A stretch of 64,000 nucleotides of DNA from an uncultured delta proteobacterium (GTDB lineage: Bacteria; Desulfobacterota; Binatia; UBA9968), in contig CAWDPO010000020.1 of the NCBI GenBank assembly GCA_963804165.1, positions 1 through 64,000 of the forward strand. The letters are read 5' to 3'. The position numbers and the translations under genes are program-made. Shown piece after piece: positions 47,134 through 57,491 of the stretch (its first letter is position 1; every line of letters begins with the position of its first letter). The notes under the pieces were generated by a model. It did not search any database. It was not told the DNA's origin and worked only from the letters and a program-made list of their open reading frames with translations.

Positions 47134-48516
47134 TTACTTAAAGAATTTGGCGACCCGCTCGAACGCCGCCGACTCGATTTCGTTGCGCACCGGCCATTCG
47201 GCTTTCGAATTCAACGGTATCGTGGCATCGATGATCGCGACGGTGTCGCCCAGCCAGCCGCGAAAGCTCTGCACTTCGCGGATGATCTCGATATCCTTGT
47301 CCCAATGCACGCGGGTGGCAACCGCCCACATTACTTCGCGTTCATTGAAGACGTCGACATCCTCGTCGACGACGACCGCGAGTTTGAGATTCGGCATCTC
47401 GACGAACGCCTGCATGCCGGCCTTATTGGGCTCGTTTTCGAATTCTTTTTTGATCGAGATGTAGCAGATGCAGCGGCCGCAGCCCGAGGCTGGGAGATGA
47501 ATCGCTTTGATCCCGGGGACATTTTTCCTGATCACGTTGTAAGTGCTGCCCTCTTTGGGAATGCTGCCGAGATTCCAATGATCCATATGGCCGGGCCAGA
47601 AATCTTCGACGATGCCGCCGCGCCGGTGGGTGATTGCGGTAACTTCGATGACCGGCACGTCCATTTTCGGTTGCGCGTAACCGAGAATCTCGCCGAAGGG
47701 GTTTTGCGACTTGCGTTCGCCGGGTAAAATCTCGCCTTCGATGATCACTTCAGCATCCGCCGGAACCATGAATTTATCGCCCCAGGTCGTCGATGGGGTT
47801 AACCGAAGGGGCTCCTTCAAGAACGCCGATGCGGTTAGATAATCGTTGTTCCCCATGGCGGTCATGGCACAGGAGGAGAGATAAAATGCCGGGTGGTGTC
47901 CCAAGATAACGATCACCGGCGCGCGCAGATTCTTTTCCTCGTATTCGCAGGCCATGGCTTCCAGATGGTGATGTTTGTGCGCGGAGAAGCTCATGTGCTG
48001 CGGATCGTGGAATTTGTTTTTCGTGAACGTGATGTCGTAAAAATCGGCGTTCAATCCCTTCATGGCGCAGGTCATCGTGTGATAAGGACCGGCGTCGCCT
48101 TTTTGGTGCATCGGCATCGGCAAGACTCTGAGATCGGCCTTGTCACCGGTGAGTACAACTTCCTTGACGGGCGCTTTTTCAGGCGCAATGACTTCGAGCT
48201 TGCCTTGCTGTTGTTCGAGCTTGGCGACTTCGAGGCTGACTTCCATCGGCGACTTAATGTCGCCCATATCCAACGAGTCTGCGACGTATTGTCGCGTCAC
48301 CCACGGGTTGTAAAACATTGGGAACCCGGATTTCTGGCCGTTTAGGGCTGGAACATTTTCGAATAGAACCATCTTGGGTTCGTTGCGCACGTCGAGGTGT
48401 TTTAGATAAGCAACGGTTTCGTAATTATTCGCATCGATGAAATTTTTCTCACGAATGACTGAACCTTCTCTCTTTGCGCCTTCCTGGGCGATAAAACTCG
48501 GTAGATCTTTGGCCAT
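47134..48516 (-). CDS. UbiD-family (prFMN-dependent) decarboxylase
   Basis: DLRVLP, DAGPY, VPADAEVIIEG, PFGEILGY, VVVDEDVDVFN..EVMWAVATR; AGGAG SD. Confidence 0.9.
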   Translation of the reverse strand: MAKDLPSFIAQEGAKREGSVIREKNFIDANNYETVAYLKHLDVRNEPKMVLFENVPALNGQKSGFPMFYNPWVTRQYVADSLDMGDIKSPMEVSLEVAKLEQQQGKLEVIAPEKAPVKEVVLTGDKADLRVLPMPMHQKGDAGPYHTMTCAMKGLNADFYDITFTKNKFHDPQHMSFSAHKHHHLEAMACEYEEKNLRAPVIVILGHHPAFYLSSCAMTAMGNNDYLTASAFLKEPLRLTPSTTWGDKFMVPADAEVIIEGEILPGERKSQNPFGEILGYAQPKMDVPVIEVTAITHRRGGIVEDFWPGHMDHWNLGSIPKEGSTYNVIRKNVPGIKAIHLPASGCGRCICYISIKKEFENEPNKAGMQAFVEMPNLKLAVVVDEDVDVFNEREVMWAVATRVHWDKDIEIIREVQSFRGWLGDTVAIIDATIPLNSKAEWPVRNEIESAAFERVAKFFK

Positions 48517-48594
48517 GAAAATTCTCCTGTGATTGAATGACTGAAAACGGTATCACACTTTCTTAGTTGAATCGCTTTGTGAGTTCAAGGGTGC

Positions 48595-50124
48595 CTAACT
48601 GCGCATTAGCCCCCTTAGGGCGCGCCATTTGTGGCTCAAGCCGGAGTGACATAACAGGTTGAGGAGATGACGAATTTGCTTCGCTTTCTTTTCCGTTGCG
48701 GGGTACCAGGGGAATTCTTCCTTGAGTCCGAATCGGTCGATGACGATGGTTTTTTGCTGGCAAAACTTGCGGATACCTTCGGCGCCGTGGCGATAACCGA
48801 AACCGCTGTCCTTGATTCCGCCCATGGGCGCGTCGGTAACGATGAAGCTTACTAAACTATCGTTAATGGACACGGAACCACTTTGCAGACCCTCGGCGAG
48901 ACGCCACGCGGCGGCTTTGTCGCGGGAAAAAATGCTGCCGCTCAATCCGTAGCGTGAATCATTTGCCAAGTGCAGCGCCTCGCCGGCGTCTTCAACCTTG
49001 ATGATCGGGATCACCGGTCCAAAGGTTTCTTCACTCATAACGGCCATGGAATGATTGACGTCGACAAGGACGGTTGGCTCATAATAGTAGCCCGCTAAAC
49101 TTGGGTTGCGGCGGCCGCCAGTGAGCGCCTTTGCTCCGTTGGCAATGGCTTCGTCGACCTGCGCCGCAACTTTTTTTAGTTGTGCTTCCGAGGCCATACT
49201 ACCGACATCGACTTCGTCTCTGCTCGGTCCTTGGCGAATCGCGGCAACACAAGCCACGACTTTGTCGACGAATTGTTTATAGACCGGCGCTTCAACGTAA
49301 ACCCGCTCGATGGATGTGCAGATTTGGCCGCAGTTCATCAGCGCGCCCCAAACACATGCGCCGGCTGCGCGTTCCAGGTCGGCATCTTTCAGGATAACCA
49401 TGGGATCTTTGCCGCCGAGCTCCAATGAAACGGGGATCAAGCGATCCGCCGCTCGCCGCATTACCTGTTTGCCGGTTTCGACACTTCCGGTAAACGCGAT
49501 CATGTCGGCGTGGTCGACCAGTGCCTCGCCGGTCGCACCGTAGCCGACGACAACTTGGACGAGATTCTCAGGGAAGCCGGCCCGGAGCGCGATGTCAGCG
49601 CCAAAAATCGCTGAAAGCGGCGTGAGCTCGGAAGGCTTGATGACTACGGCATTTCCCGCCATCAGCGCCGGCAGCGCTTCGCCCAGGGTCATTGTCAATG
49701 GAAAATTCCACGGACTGATGATGCCGATGACGCCGCGCGGCGCATGGACGGAAACCACTTTTTTAGTTTTGAGCAGAGGAAAATGCGGACGAATGTTTTG
49801 CGGACGGAGATATCCGGCGCTCTTTTTCGCCCAAGAGCCGATGGCGTCGCAAAGGTAGAAAAGCTCGTTGCCGTAAACTTCGGCGCGCGGCCTGCCGGTT
49901 TCGGCGGTCAATATATCGGCGAGTCTATCGCCTTCATCGAGCAAGAGATCCCGTAACCTGTAAAGCACTCGCGCGCGCTCACGAAAACTGGTTGTTTGCC
50001 AAGCCGCCTGCACTACGCGGGCGCGACCAACGGCGGCGGCGACATCCGGCGTTTGGGCGACCGGCAATTCGGCAACCGTTTCGAGAGTCGCGGGATTGCG
50101 GACGATGATTGTATGAGCGCTCAC
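48595..50124 (-). CDS. Aldehyde dehydrogenase family protein
   Basis: SPWNFP, KPSE, FTGS, LELGGKD, GQIC, EETFGP. Confidence 0.94.
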   Translation of the reverse strand: MSAHTIIVRNPATLETVAELPVAQTPDVAAAVGRARVVQAAWQTTSFRERARVLYRLRDLLLDEGDRLADILTAETGRPRAEVYGNELFYLCDAIGSWAKKSAGYLRPQNIRPHFPLLKTKKVVSVHAPRGVIGIISPWNFPLTMTLGEALPALMAGNAVVIKPSELTPLSAIFGADIALRAGFPENLVQVVVGYGATGEALVDHADMIAFTGSVETGKQVMRRAADRLIPVSLELGGKDPMVILKDADLERAAGACVWGALMNCGQICTSIERVYVEAPVYKQFVDKVVACVAAIRQGPSRDEVDVGSMASEAQLKKVAAQVDEAIANGAKALTGGRRNPSLAGYYYEPTVLVDVNHSMAVMSEETFGPVIPIIKVEDAGEALHLANDSRYGLSGSIFSRDKAAAWRLAEGLQSGSVSINDSLVSFIVTDAPMGGIKDSGFGYRHGAEGIRKFCQQKTIVIDRFGLKEEFPWYPATEKKAKQIRHLLNLLCHSGLSHKWRALRGLMRS

Positions 50125-50222
50125 GATGATTTTTTTTAAAATTCGATGAGCTGCAATACTCAGATTAAACGAGAGCGAGTAGGCTTATGATCTGACGGAT
50201 TGGTCCAGAAAAATGTTTTAGT

Positions 50223-50996
50223 TCATACCATCGTCTGACCACCGCAGATGTTGATCGCCTGCCCGGTGATTCCCGCGGCGGCATCCGAGGCGATATAGGC
50301 AACGAGCTCGGCTACTTCATTTGCTTCTAGAAATCTTTGGATGGGGACGGCGGCGATCGCCTGGGCTTTGAACTCTTCCGGTGTAATTCCCTGGCGTGTA
50401 GCCGTCTCGTTTATGCCGATGGTCGCCATTTCGGTGTCCACCCACCCCGGGCAAATCGTGTTAACCGTTATTCCTCGGCTGACGACCTCCAAAGCAAGGG
50501 CGCGGGTGAAACCAATCATGCCATGCTTCGTGGTGCAGTACGCTGTATAGCCCGGCACCCCGAATTTTCCCAGGACCGATGAAATGTTGATCACCCGTCC
50601 GCCGGCTTGGTCTGGCATGTGTCGAAGGGCAGCTTTGGTAACGAGATACAAACCATTTAGGTTTGTGTCGACGATGTCAAACCACTTACTATCGTCGGGG
50701 TCATCGATCATACTAGTCCCCGATGTGCCGGCATTGTTCACGAGGATGTGCAGCGCTCCCCAGCGAGACACGATCGCAGTGATCGCACGCTCGACGTCGG
50801 TTTTTTTGCTCACATCCATCGGCAGAGCGAGAACCGACAGGCCGCGGTTTCGGAGCTCTTCAGCGGCACTTTCGACACGGGCCAAGTTGCGTGAAGCGAT
50901 GGCCACATTCGCACCGTTTTGGGCCAATTGTAACGCGATCGCTTTTCCAATCCCCGTACCCCCACCGGTTACAAGTGCGACTTTAGGTCCAGCCAT
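50223..50996 (-). CDS. Short-chain dehydrogenase/reductase
   Basis: TGGGTGIG, NNAG, YCTTK, PGWVDT. Confidence 0.93.
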   Translation of the reverse strand: MAGPKVALVTGGGTGIGKAIALQLAQNGANVAIASRNLARVESAAEELRNRGLSVLALPMDVSKKTDVERAITAIVSRWGALHILVNNAGTSGTSMIDDPDDSKWFDIVDTNLNGLYLVTKAALRHMPDQAGGRVINISSVLGKFGVPGYTAYCTTKHGMIGFTRALALEVVSRGITVNTICPGWVDTEMATIGINETATRQGITPEEFKAQAIAAVPIQRFLEANEVAELVAYIASDAAAGITGQAINICGGQTMV

Positions 50997-51212
50997 CGGT
51001 ATTAGCACCCATTAAAAACAACTCATAAGTATCTGCTTTTAAATATAAAATCAATGTTTTTCACATTGACAAAGACGTTCAGCTCCGGTCATCATAAGAT
51101 ATTGCTTAGAATTGGTACTGTAATTGCTGATAATGTCGAGCGGACAATAATCTTTACAGCTTTCAAGCGGATATAATAAAATCACTAAACCATTCGTAGG
51201 GAGCCGGTCGTT

Positions 51213-52286
51213 ATGGATATCACCCAACTCTTAGAATTCGGCGTGGAACATGGAGCATCTGATTGCCATCTGAGCGCCGGTGAGCCGCCGCTCATACGTA
51301 TCGACGGCGATTTAAAGAAACTTGACAATCCTCCTTTGACTAAGGAAGAAGTCCACGCGTTGATTTATGACATCATGAACGACGCGCAGCGAAAAGCATT
51401 CGAAGAAACTCATGAGTGCGATTTTTCATTTGAGCTGGGCAAGCTGGCGCGGTTTCGCGTCAACGTTTTCATGCAAAGGAAGGGTGAGGGCGCGGTCTTC
51501 CGCACGATTCCCACTAAAATTCTAACTCTCGAAGAACTCGGCATGCCGCCCATACTCAAGCAGATGTGCGAAAAGGAGAAGGGTTTGATTCTGGTGACTG
51601 GCCCAACCGGTTCCGGCAAATCAACGACTCTGGCCGCGATGGTCGACTATTTGAACAGTTCGTTTGAAGGCCACATATTGACCGTCGAGGATCCGATCGA
51701 GTTCGTGCACCAATCGAAAAAGTGCCTAGTCAATCAAAGAGAACTCGGTCCGCACACGCACTCGTTTGCCAATGCGCTGCGGGCAGCCCTACGCGAAGAC
51801 CCCGATATCATCTTGGTGGGTGAAATGCGCGATCTGGAAACGATACAGCTCGCTTTGACGGCGGCAGAAACCGGTCACATCGTCTTCGGCACGCTGCACA
51901 CATCCAGCGCACCGAAAACCGTTGACCGTATCATCGACGTGTTCCCGCCAAGCCAACAGGCTCAGATTCGCGCTCAATTTGCCGAATCAGTCGAAGCCGT
52001 GCTCACGCAAACTCTGCTCAAGAAAAAATCGGGAGGGCGGGTCGCGGCGTTGGAGATTCTGACGGGAACCACCGCGGTGCGCAATCTTATTCGAGAGGGC
52101 AAAATCCACCAGATTCCCGGGACCATGCAGGTGAGCCAAAAAGACGGTATGCAAACCATGGACATGGCCCTGACGAACCTCGTCACTCGTGGGTTGGTGA
52201 CTCGGGAAGAGGCCCAGTCGAAGAGTATGAATCCAAATCTTTTCGGCGCTGCAGGGCCGGCCGCGATCGCCGGCGGTCGCGTGTGA
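51213..52286 (+). CDS. pilT: Type IV pilus retraction ATPase PilT
   Basis: GPTGSGKST, EDPIE, LREDPD, GTLHT, AVRNLIRE. Confidence 0.96.
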   Translation: MDITQLLEFGVEHGASDCHLSAGEPPLIRIDGDLKKLDNPPLTKEEVHALIYDIMNDAQRKAFEETHECDFSFELGKLARFRVNVFMQRKGEGAVFRTIPTKILTLEELGMPPILKQMCEKEKGLILVTGPTGSGKSTTLAAMVDYLNSSFEGHILTVEDPIEFVHQSKKCLVNQRELGPHTHSFANALRAALREDPDIILVGEMRDLETIQLALTAAETGHIVFGTLHTSSAPKTVDRIIDVFPPSQQAQIRAQFAESVEAVLTQTLLKKKSGGRVAALEILTGTTAVRNLIREGKIHQIPGTMQVSQKDGMQTMDMALTNLVTRGLVTREEAQSKSMNPNLFGAAGPAAIAGGRV

Positions 52287-52310
52287 TCGTCCGCTGAGAG
52301 CCTGACTACG

Positions 52311-53486
52311 GTGACCCAAGTGGATATTCAGGATTTTTTTAAAACGATGGTCGAAATGGAGGCGTCGGATCTCTATATCACCGTGGCCAAACCGCCGATG
52401 TACCGCGTGCAGGGAAAAATCGAGGCGAGCGGCGATCATTCGTTCACTCCACAAGAACTTCGAGAAATTGCCCAATCCATCATGAACGAAAAGCAGCAAC
52501 GGGAATTCGCTGAAACGATGGAGATGAACATGGCGATGTCGCTTCCGGGAGTGTCCCGTTTTCGCGTCAATATTTTCCAGCAGCGCGGCTCCGTGGGCAT
52601 GGTGATCCGGCGCATCAAGGCAGAGGTGATGTCGGTGCAGGAATTGGGATTACCCTCGATACTCACGGACATCGTCATGTCGAAGCGCGGCTTAGTTTTA
52701 GTTGTCGGCGCCACCGGCTCCGGCAAATCTACCTCATTGGCCGGGATGATCGATTATCGAAATACCCATGAGGCCGGACATATTATAACGATCGAGGATC
52801 CGATTGAATTCGTGCATCGGCACAAGCAATCGATCGTCACCCAACGCGAGGTCGGATTCGACACCCATTCGTTTCAGTCGGCGCTTAAAAATACCTTGCG
52901 CCAAGCACCGGATGTGATCTTGATCGGCGAGATTCGTGACACGGAGACGATGGAGGCAGCGATCACATTCGCTGAAACCGGCCACCTGTGCCTCGGAACT
53001 CTCCACTCCAATAACGCCAACCAGGCCATCGAGCGAATCATGAATTTTTTTCCGATCGAACGGCATGCGCAGATTTATTTGCAGCTTTCGCTAAATTTGC
53101 GTTCGATTGTTTCGCAGCGATTAATCCCGTCGGTGGATGGCAAACGGGTGGCGGCATTGGAGATCTTGATGGACACGCCGCGCATCAGAGATCTGATCAG
53201 AAAGGGCCAAGTCGATATCTTGAAGGAAGCTATGGAGCAAGGGATCCAGGAAGGGTGTCAAACTTTCGATCAGGCGCTCTTCGCCCTCTACCGGGACGGG
53301 AGTATTGTTTTAGATCAAGCGTTAATCAACGCCGACAGTGCCAATAACCTGAGATTGAAAATTAAGCTCGCGGGACTTAAGGTCGATCAAGAGCCACTGC
53401 CGGCCCAAGCTCCAGGCCCAGGTCAGGATGTGTCTAGGCCGGAGCCGGTTCAAGCCGCCGCGGGGTTTCGTTTACGGAAAAATTAA
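52311..53486 (+). CDS. pilU: PilT-like ATPase PilU
   Basis: GATGSGKST, LRQAPDVILIGE, TLHSNNANQ, QTFDQAL; follows pilT. Confidence 0.93.
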   Translation: MTQVDIQDFFKTMVEMEASDLYITVAKPPMYRVQGKIEASGDHSFTPQELREIAQSIMNEKQQREFAETMEMNMAMSLPGVSRFRVNIFQQRGSVGMVIRRIKAEVMSVQELGLPSILTDIVMSKRGLVLVVGATGSGKSTSLAGMIDYRNTHEAGHIITIEDPIEFVHRHKQSIVTQREVGFDTHSFQSALKNTLRQAPDVILIGEIRDTETMEAAITFAETGHLCLGTLHSNNANQAIERIMNFFPIERHAQIYLQLSLNLRSIVSQRLIPSVDGKRVAALEILMDTPRIRDLIRKGQVDILKEAMEQGIQEGCQTFDQALFALYRDGSIVLDQALINADSANNLRLKIKLAGLKVDQEPLPAQAPGPGQDVSRPEPVQAAAGFRLRKN

Positions 53487-53724
53487 CGGCCCACGCGGAT
53501 ACCCCAAGCGGAACTTCTTCTCAAAGTCTGTATTGATCGATTTGACGAATTCGGCGTTTTAATTAGCGTTGTGGTTTGAGCACGTGTGCTGATTTGGTGG
53601 AGTACGCCACTTGAGAGAGTCTTTCATCCGGTATGTGCTGCCCGGCCAATCACGCGGGAGCTCGGACCATATTTGGCGCGATCAGCGCCGGTCGGACTCA
53701 CTCGGTATAAGATCCTTAATTTTC

Positions 53725-53753
53725 TTGACAATTTGCGGGTTGCAGGGTAAAAA
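53725..53753 (+). promoter_or_regulatory. Candidate sigma70 promoter for the three-paralog cluster
   Basis: TTGACA-N17-TAAAAA, about 40 nt upstream of ATG 53796. Confidence 0.45.
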
Positions 53754-53795
53754 CCAGTTATACAATTTCTCTAGGCAGCCAAATAGGAGCAGCGA

Positions 53796-54398
53796 ATGTC
53801 GCTTATTCAGGACGAAACCACTGCGGTCGGAGGGGGTTTGATGAATGGGATGACAGGCTATGCACAGCCTCTGCGCGCGATAGGTCAAGCTTTGGAGACA
53901 TTGAACTTGCAGAGCTTTGAGTTGGAACCGGTAGGGGAGGGGTTCCACGTCCGGGGGATTTTACTGAAAGCACACCCGGAACTATCGGACGATCTCGTCA
54001 CGGCGGAAAAACTAAACGCGATTTGGGGGACGCCGCCCAACACTAACGCCGATGATCGTTCCCGTCGCGAGGGAAGCAACTCACAGGTCCTATCGCCAAT
54101 CGAATTGCAATATAGTAAGACGGATGTCGATCGACTCGAAGAAGAGGGGCGGGCTAAGAGAGTCGATCCTCATAGGACGCCGGATGCCGCGAGCTTGTCA
54201 CAAATGCTGCGCAGCATCGGTGCATATCTCAATCAGAAACGTGCCAGCCTGCTCCGGCTCTCTCGCGACATCGACTCGGTTTCCGTTGAATATAAGACAT
54301 CCTTGGGGAGTATTCTTCGAGAAACACTTGCGGTTGGCGAGCTGTATGATCTTTGGGTGAGAATGTATCTCCAGAGGGCCGAACGCGTAAGCCAGTAG
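53796..54398 (+). CDS. Uncharacterised duplicated-domain protein, paralog 3
   Basis: AGGAG SD; YAQPLRAIGQALE...LSQMLRSIGAYLN...LYDLWVRMYLQR. Confidence 0.85.
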   Translation: MSLIQDETTAVGGGLMNGMTGYAQPLRAIGQALETLNLQSFELEPVGEGFHVRGILLKAHPELSDDLVTAEKLNAIWGTPPNTNADDRSRREGSNSQVLSPIELQYSKTDVDRLEEEGRAKRVDPHRTPDAASLSQMLRSIGAYLNQKRASLLRLSRDIDSVSVEYKTSLGSILRETLAVGELYDLWVRMYLQRAERVSQ

Positions 54399-54448
54399 AG
54401 TCATATGCCGCTCGGTGGCGTGCCGGAAACGCGCGAGGAACAAAAACG

Positions 54449-55000
54449 ATGATTGAAGACTTTACATATGCCGCATTGCTACGACCCATTGGACAGATGC
54501 TCGAGTCGTTGCGTATCGATTCCTTCGCAGTCAAACCCGACAGCGATGGCTTCGTCATACGAGACAAGACCAGAAATCGCGCTCAGTTGACTCCCAGAGA
54601 AAGAGCTTTTCTCGCCGAGTTGCATTTAAGCCACACTGCCTCCTTGGATAAGGAAGACGCCCTTCGATTAGCTGCCGGCATTTTTGAGTGGCATTTGACG
54701 CCAACGGATCTCGAACGGCTGGAAATAGAGGGGCGTGAGCTGCGGCGAGGCGACAAACGAACTCCGGATTCACACTCAGTGTCGCAAATTCTCCGCGTTA
54801 TCGGAAGCATGCTCGATCAAAAGCGCGGGTCTATGGCTTCCGTGTCGAAGGACGCCCAGATGGTCACAGTGGAATACTCCTTACCGGACGGTAAGCAAGC
54901 GACTGAAGAATTTGCCATGCCTATGCTTTATGACCAGTGGGTACGCATGTATAAAAGACGAACAGTCGACCGCCAAGCGGACCCGATCACAACCGTTTAA
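54449..55000 (+). CDS. Uncharacterised duplicated-domain protein, paralog 4
   Basis: GAGGA SD then ATG 54449; YAALLRPIGQMLE...VSQILRVIGSMLD...LYDQWVRMYKRR. Confidence 0.85.
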   Translation: MIEDFTYAALLRPIGQMLESLRIDSFAVKPDSDGFVIRDKTRNRAQLTPRERAFLAELHLSHTASLDKEDALRLAAGIFEWHLTPTDLERLEIEGRELRRGDKRTPDSHSVSQILRVIGSMLDQKRGSMASVSKDAQMVTVEYSLPDGKQATEEFAMPMLYDQWVRMYKRRTVDRQADPITTV

Positions 55001-55037
55001 CGTCAACCCACGACCTCCAGCTGAATAGACCGGCTCC

Positions 55038-55556
55038 ATGGCGCCGAATTTTAGTTTTTCCCAACTACTTCGTCCGGTTGGCCAAATGCTCGAAGCGCTT
55101 AACGTCGAGTCATTGTCTCTCAAAGTCGAGGACGCGGGCGTATCTGTACACGCGCAAAAACGGCAGGAGCGGCAAACCTCCGCGCCCAATATTTCGCTGC
55201 ACGTGACATGGCAAATATTTCGCCGCAAAAAGCCGGAGACCGAATCCCAACCCTCCTCCGGAGTTTTGGACCTTCATTATTCGCATGATGATATCATGCG
55301 AATGGACTCGGAAGCCCAAACCCAAAGGAGAGGGACCGGGGGAAGCCCGGAAGCCAATACTCTATCTCAAATTCTTCGTGCCGTAGGCGCATTTGTCGAT
55401 CAGAAACAGGGCCGTTTGTTGGGCGTGACGATTGAAGGGCAGGATATCGCGATCGAATACGAGTCGGCTCTAAAAAAAGCATTAACCGAGAAATTTACCA
55501 TTTCCTCGCTCTACGATTATTGGGTCAAATTGTACCTGCGGCGGCGCGACCGTTAG
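55038..55556 (+). CDS. Uncharacterised duplicated-domain protein, paralog 5
   Basis: FSQLLRPVGQMLE...LSQILRAVGAFVD...LYDYWVKLYLRR. Confidence 0.85.
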   Translation: MAPNFSFSQLLRPVGQMLEALNVESLSLKVEDAGVSVHAQKRQERQTSAPNISLHVTWQIFRRKKPETESQPSSGVLDLHYSHDDIMRMDSEAQTQRRGTGGSPEANTLSQILRAVGAFVDQKQGRLLGVTIEGQDIAIEYESALKKALTEKFTISSLYDYWVKLYLRRRDR

Positions 55557-55903
55557 GCCGATCCACGACGATATAATACCTCGCCGAAAAGTTCTCTGTA
55601 AATGGACGGACTCTGACAATGCGTCTTAGCGCTAGCCAAATACGCCGCTACTTGGCTAGTCTTTGGTGGATAGAGTCTCAGCAGCTTGTAATAGCGATCA
55701 ACAACTCTTCCTTGAGCGGATCTTGTCCCGCGTATAGTCGATCAACCCCAAGGAGAAAGTTAGTAGCGACAGCTTCGTTGAAAATTGGGCAACTCCGAGT
55801 GGATGCGTTGTCTGTTGGGTATATTAAAGCTATTTGGCAGGAGCGGCGCGGCTTTCGATCTCTCCGTGATTGCCCATCCGTGTTGACCGTCGGTTTGTTT
55901 AGG

Positions 55904-56239
55904 TCAAATCTTTAACAGAATCCACGCAGTAACAAACGTTCCGACGATCGCTCCGCCGTAGCACAGCACGGCGAGAAGTTTATTGATGGCTTTGAGCCCC
56001 GTGTCATTGAGAGTGAAGTAGAAGCGATGAGCCCAGTGATAGAGGGGAAGAACGATCAGAACAAAGAGATAAAGCTTTACCCACCAGAGGCGGTACAACG
56101 CCCCGGTGTCGGTAGTCCAGCCAAGCGGCACGGCGAAGCCAACTAGAATGATGTGAATGGGAACTAAAAATGCAGCTACTACGCCACCGGCAGAGAAGAG
56201 CCCCCACCAGAGGGGTTCGATGGTTTTTTCTGTCGCCAT
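55904..56239 (-). CDS. frdD: Fumarate reductase subunit D
   Basis: EPLWWGLFSAGG, LPLYHWAHR, CYG. Confidence 0.9.
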   Translation of the reverse strand: MATEKTIEPLWWGLFSAGGVVAAFLVPIHIILVGFAVPLGWTTDTGALYRLWWVKLYLFVLIVLPLYHWAHRFYFTLNDTGLKAINKLLAVLCYGGAIVGTFVTAWILLKI

Positions 56240-56242
56240 AAT

Positions 56243-56656
56243 TCAGCTCTTAAGCGCGAGGAATAAAACTAGCACTGTCACCGAGACCATCACCCATGCG
56301 CCAACGTGCAGCGCCGTAACGATCGGCCGGGAAATTAAACGCTCGCCGATGCGCAGCGGCAGGACAACGGCACTCGACTGAAACCATGTAAAGCTGTGGT
56401 ACAGCGCGAACAGCAGCGCCACCAAGTGGAAAAGAATCCAGCCGGGCGAATTGAGCTTTTGCGTGAAGGCGCTATACGCGTCGGGGCCCTGCGACAACTG
56501 ATATAACTGACAAAGGTAGACAACGAGGAAGAGGGCGATAAAGACACTTGAAAGCTCGCGCAGCATGAACAGAAAATAGCTCTGTTTCGTCAGCCACCAA
56601 GTCGCCGGCATCTTTCGATGGTAAAGCTTGGATGGGTCCGGTCGCACGGCGCTCAT
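56243..56656 (-). CDS. frdC: Fumarate reductase subunit C
   Basis: [10 protein letters not shown]...[16 protein letters not shown]. Confidence 0.9.
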   Translation of the reverse strand: MSAVRPDPSKLYHRKMPATWWLTKQSYFLFMLRELSSVFIALFLVVYLCQLYQLSQGPDAYSAFTQKLNSPGWILFHLVALLFALYHSFTWFQSSAVVLPLRIGERLISRPIVTALHVGAWVMVSVTVLVLFLALKS

Positions 56657-57396
56657 CGTTGCCCCCAGGGCATCAGGATTGATTGAAACCAGTTTTTGGT
56701 AGTGTCCACTTTAGAGCGCTGGATCGCCGCGGCGGGATCCACATGCTTCGGACACACGACGCTGCATTCCCCGACAAATGTGCAGTCCCAGATGCCATCG
56801 TGGTTGCCGATGATTTCGCGTTGATCCTTTCCCTGGTCGCGCGAGTCCATGTTGTAGCGGTAGCCGAGCGCGATGGCGGCTGGGCCCAAAAACCTCGGCT
56901 CCAGCCCGTAAACCGGGCAGGCCGCGTAACAGAGCATGCAATTAATACACTGGGTGAACTGATGGAACGCCTCGAGTTCCGCCGGCGTTTGTAAATATTC
57001 ACCTTCGCTGACAGGTTTCTCGTCCTTGCGTATGATCCAGGGTTTAACGCTCTTCAGTTTGTCCATAAAGTCGGTCATATCGATGACCAGATCGCGGATG
57101 ATCGGAAAGTTGACGAGGGGCTCTACCCGAATCTCCTGGGGGTAATAGTCACGAAGGAACGCTGCGCAGGTGAGTTTTGGCGTGCCATTCACCATCATGC
57201 CGCAACTGCCGCATACTCCCATACGACAAGACCAGCGATAACTCAGAGTTCCGTCCATCTGATCCTTGATGTGATTTAACGCATCGAGAACGACCCAGTC
57301 CTCCCGGTAAGGGACGACGTAGGATTGTGTGGTCAGCGCCCGATCTTTATCGGGGCGGTAGCGAGTAACGTTCAATGTGATAGTTGGCTCTGCCAT
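56653..57396 (-). CDS. frdB: Fumarate reductase iron-sulfur subunit
   Basis: [37 protein letters not shown]. Confidence 0.93.
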   Translation of the reverse strand: MAEPTITLNVTRYRPDKDRALTTQSYVVPYREDWVVLDALNHIKDQMDGTLSYRWSCRMGVCGSCGMMVNGTPKLTCAAFLRDYYPQEIRVEPLVNFPIIRDLVIDMTDFMDKLKSVKPWIIRKDEKPVSEGEYLQTPAELEAFHQFTQCINCMLCYAACPVYGLEPRFLGPAAIALGYRYNMDSRDQGKDQREIIGNHDGIWDCTFVGECSVVCPKHVDPAAAIQRSKVDTTKNWFQSILMPWGQR

Positions 57397-57414
57397 TGTC
57401 TCCTCTTGGAATTT

Positions 57415-57485
57415 AGCACTGAGCGATCAGCGCCGAGTTCAAAATGCGCGTCTGCTAAATTGGCGCGCACTCGGCGCTCAGCTCG
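57415..57485. repeat. Heptamer-periodic inverted repeat between frdA and frdB
   Basis: AGCACTG AGCGATC AGCGCCG units; AGCGCCGAGT (57429-57438) and ACTCGGCGCT (57469-57478). Confidence 0.55.
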
Positions 57486-57491
57486 CGTGGC

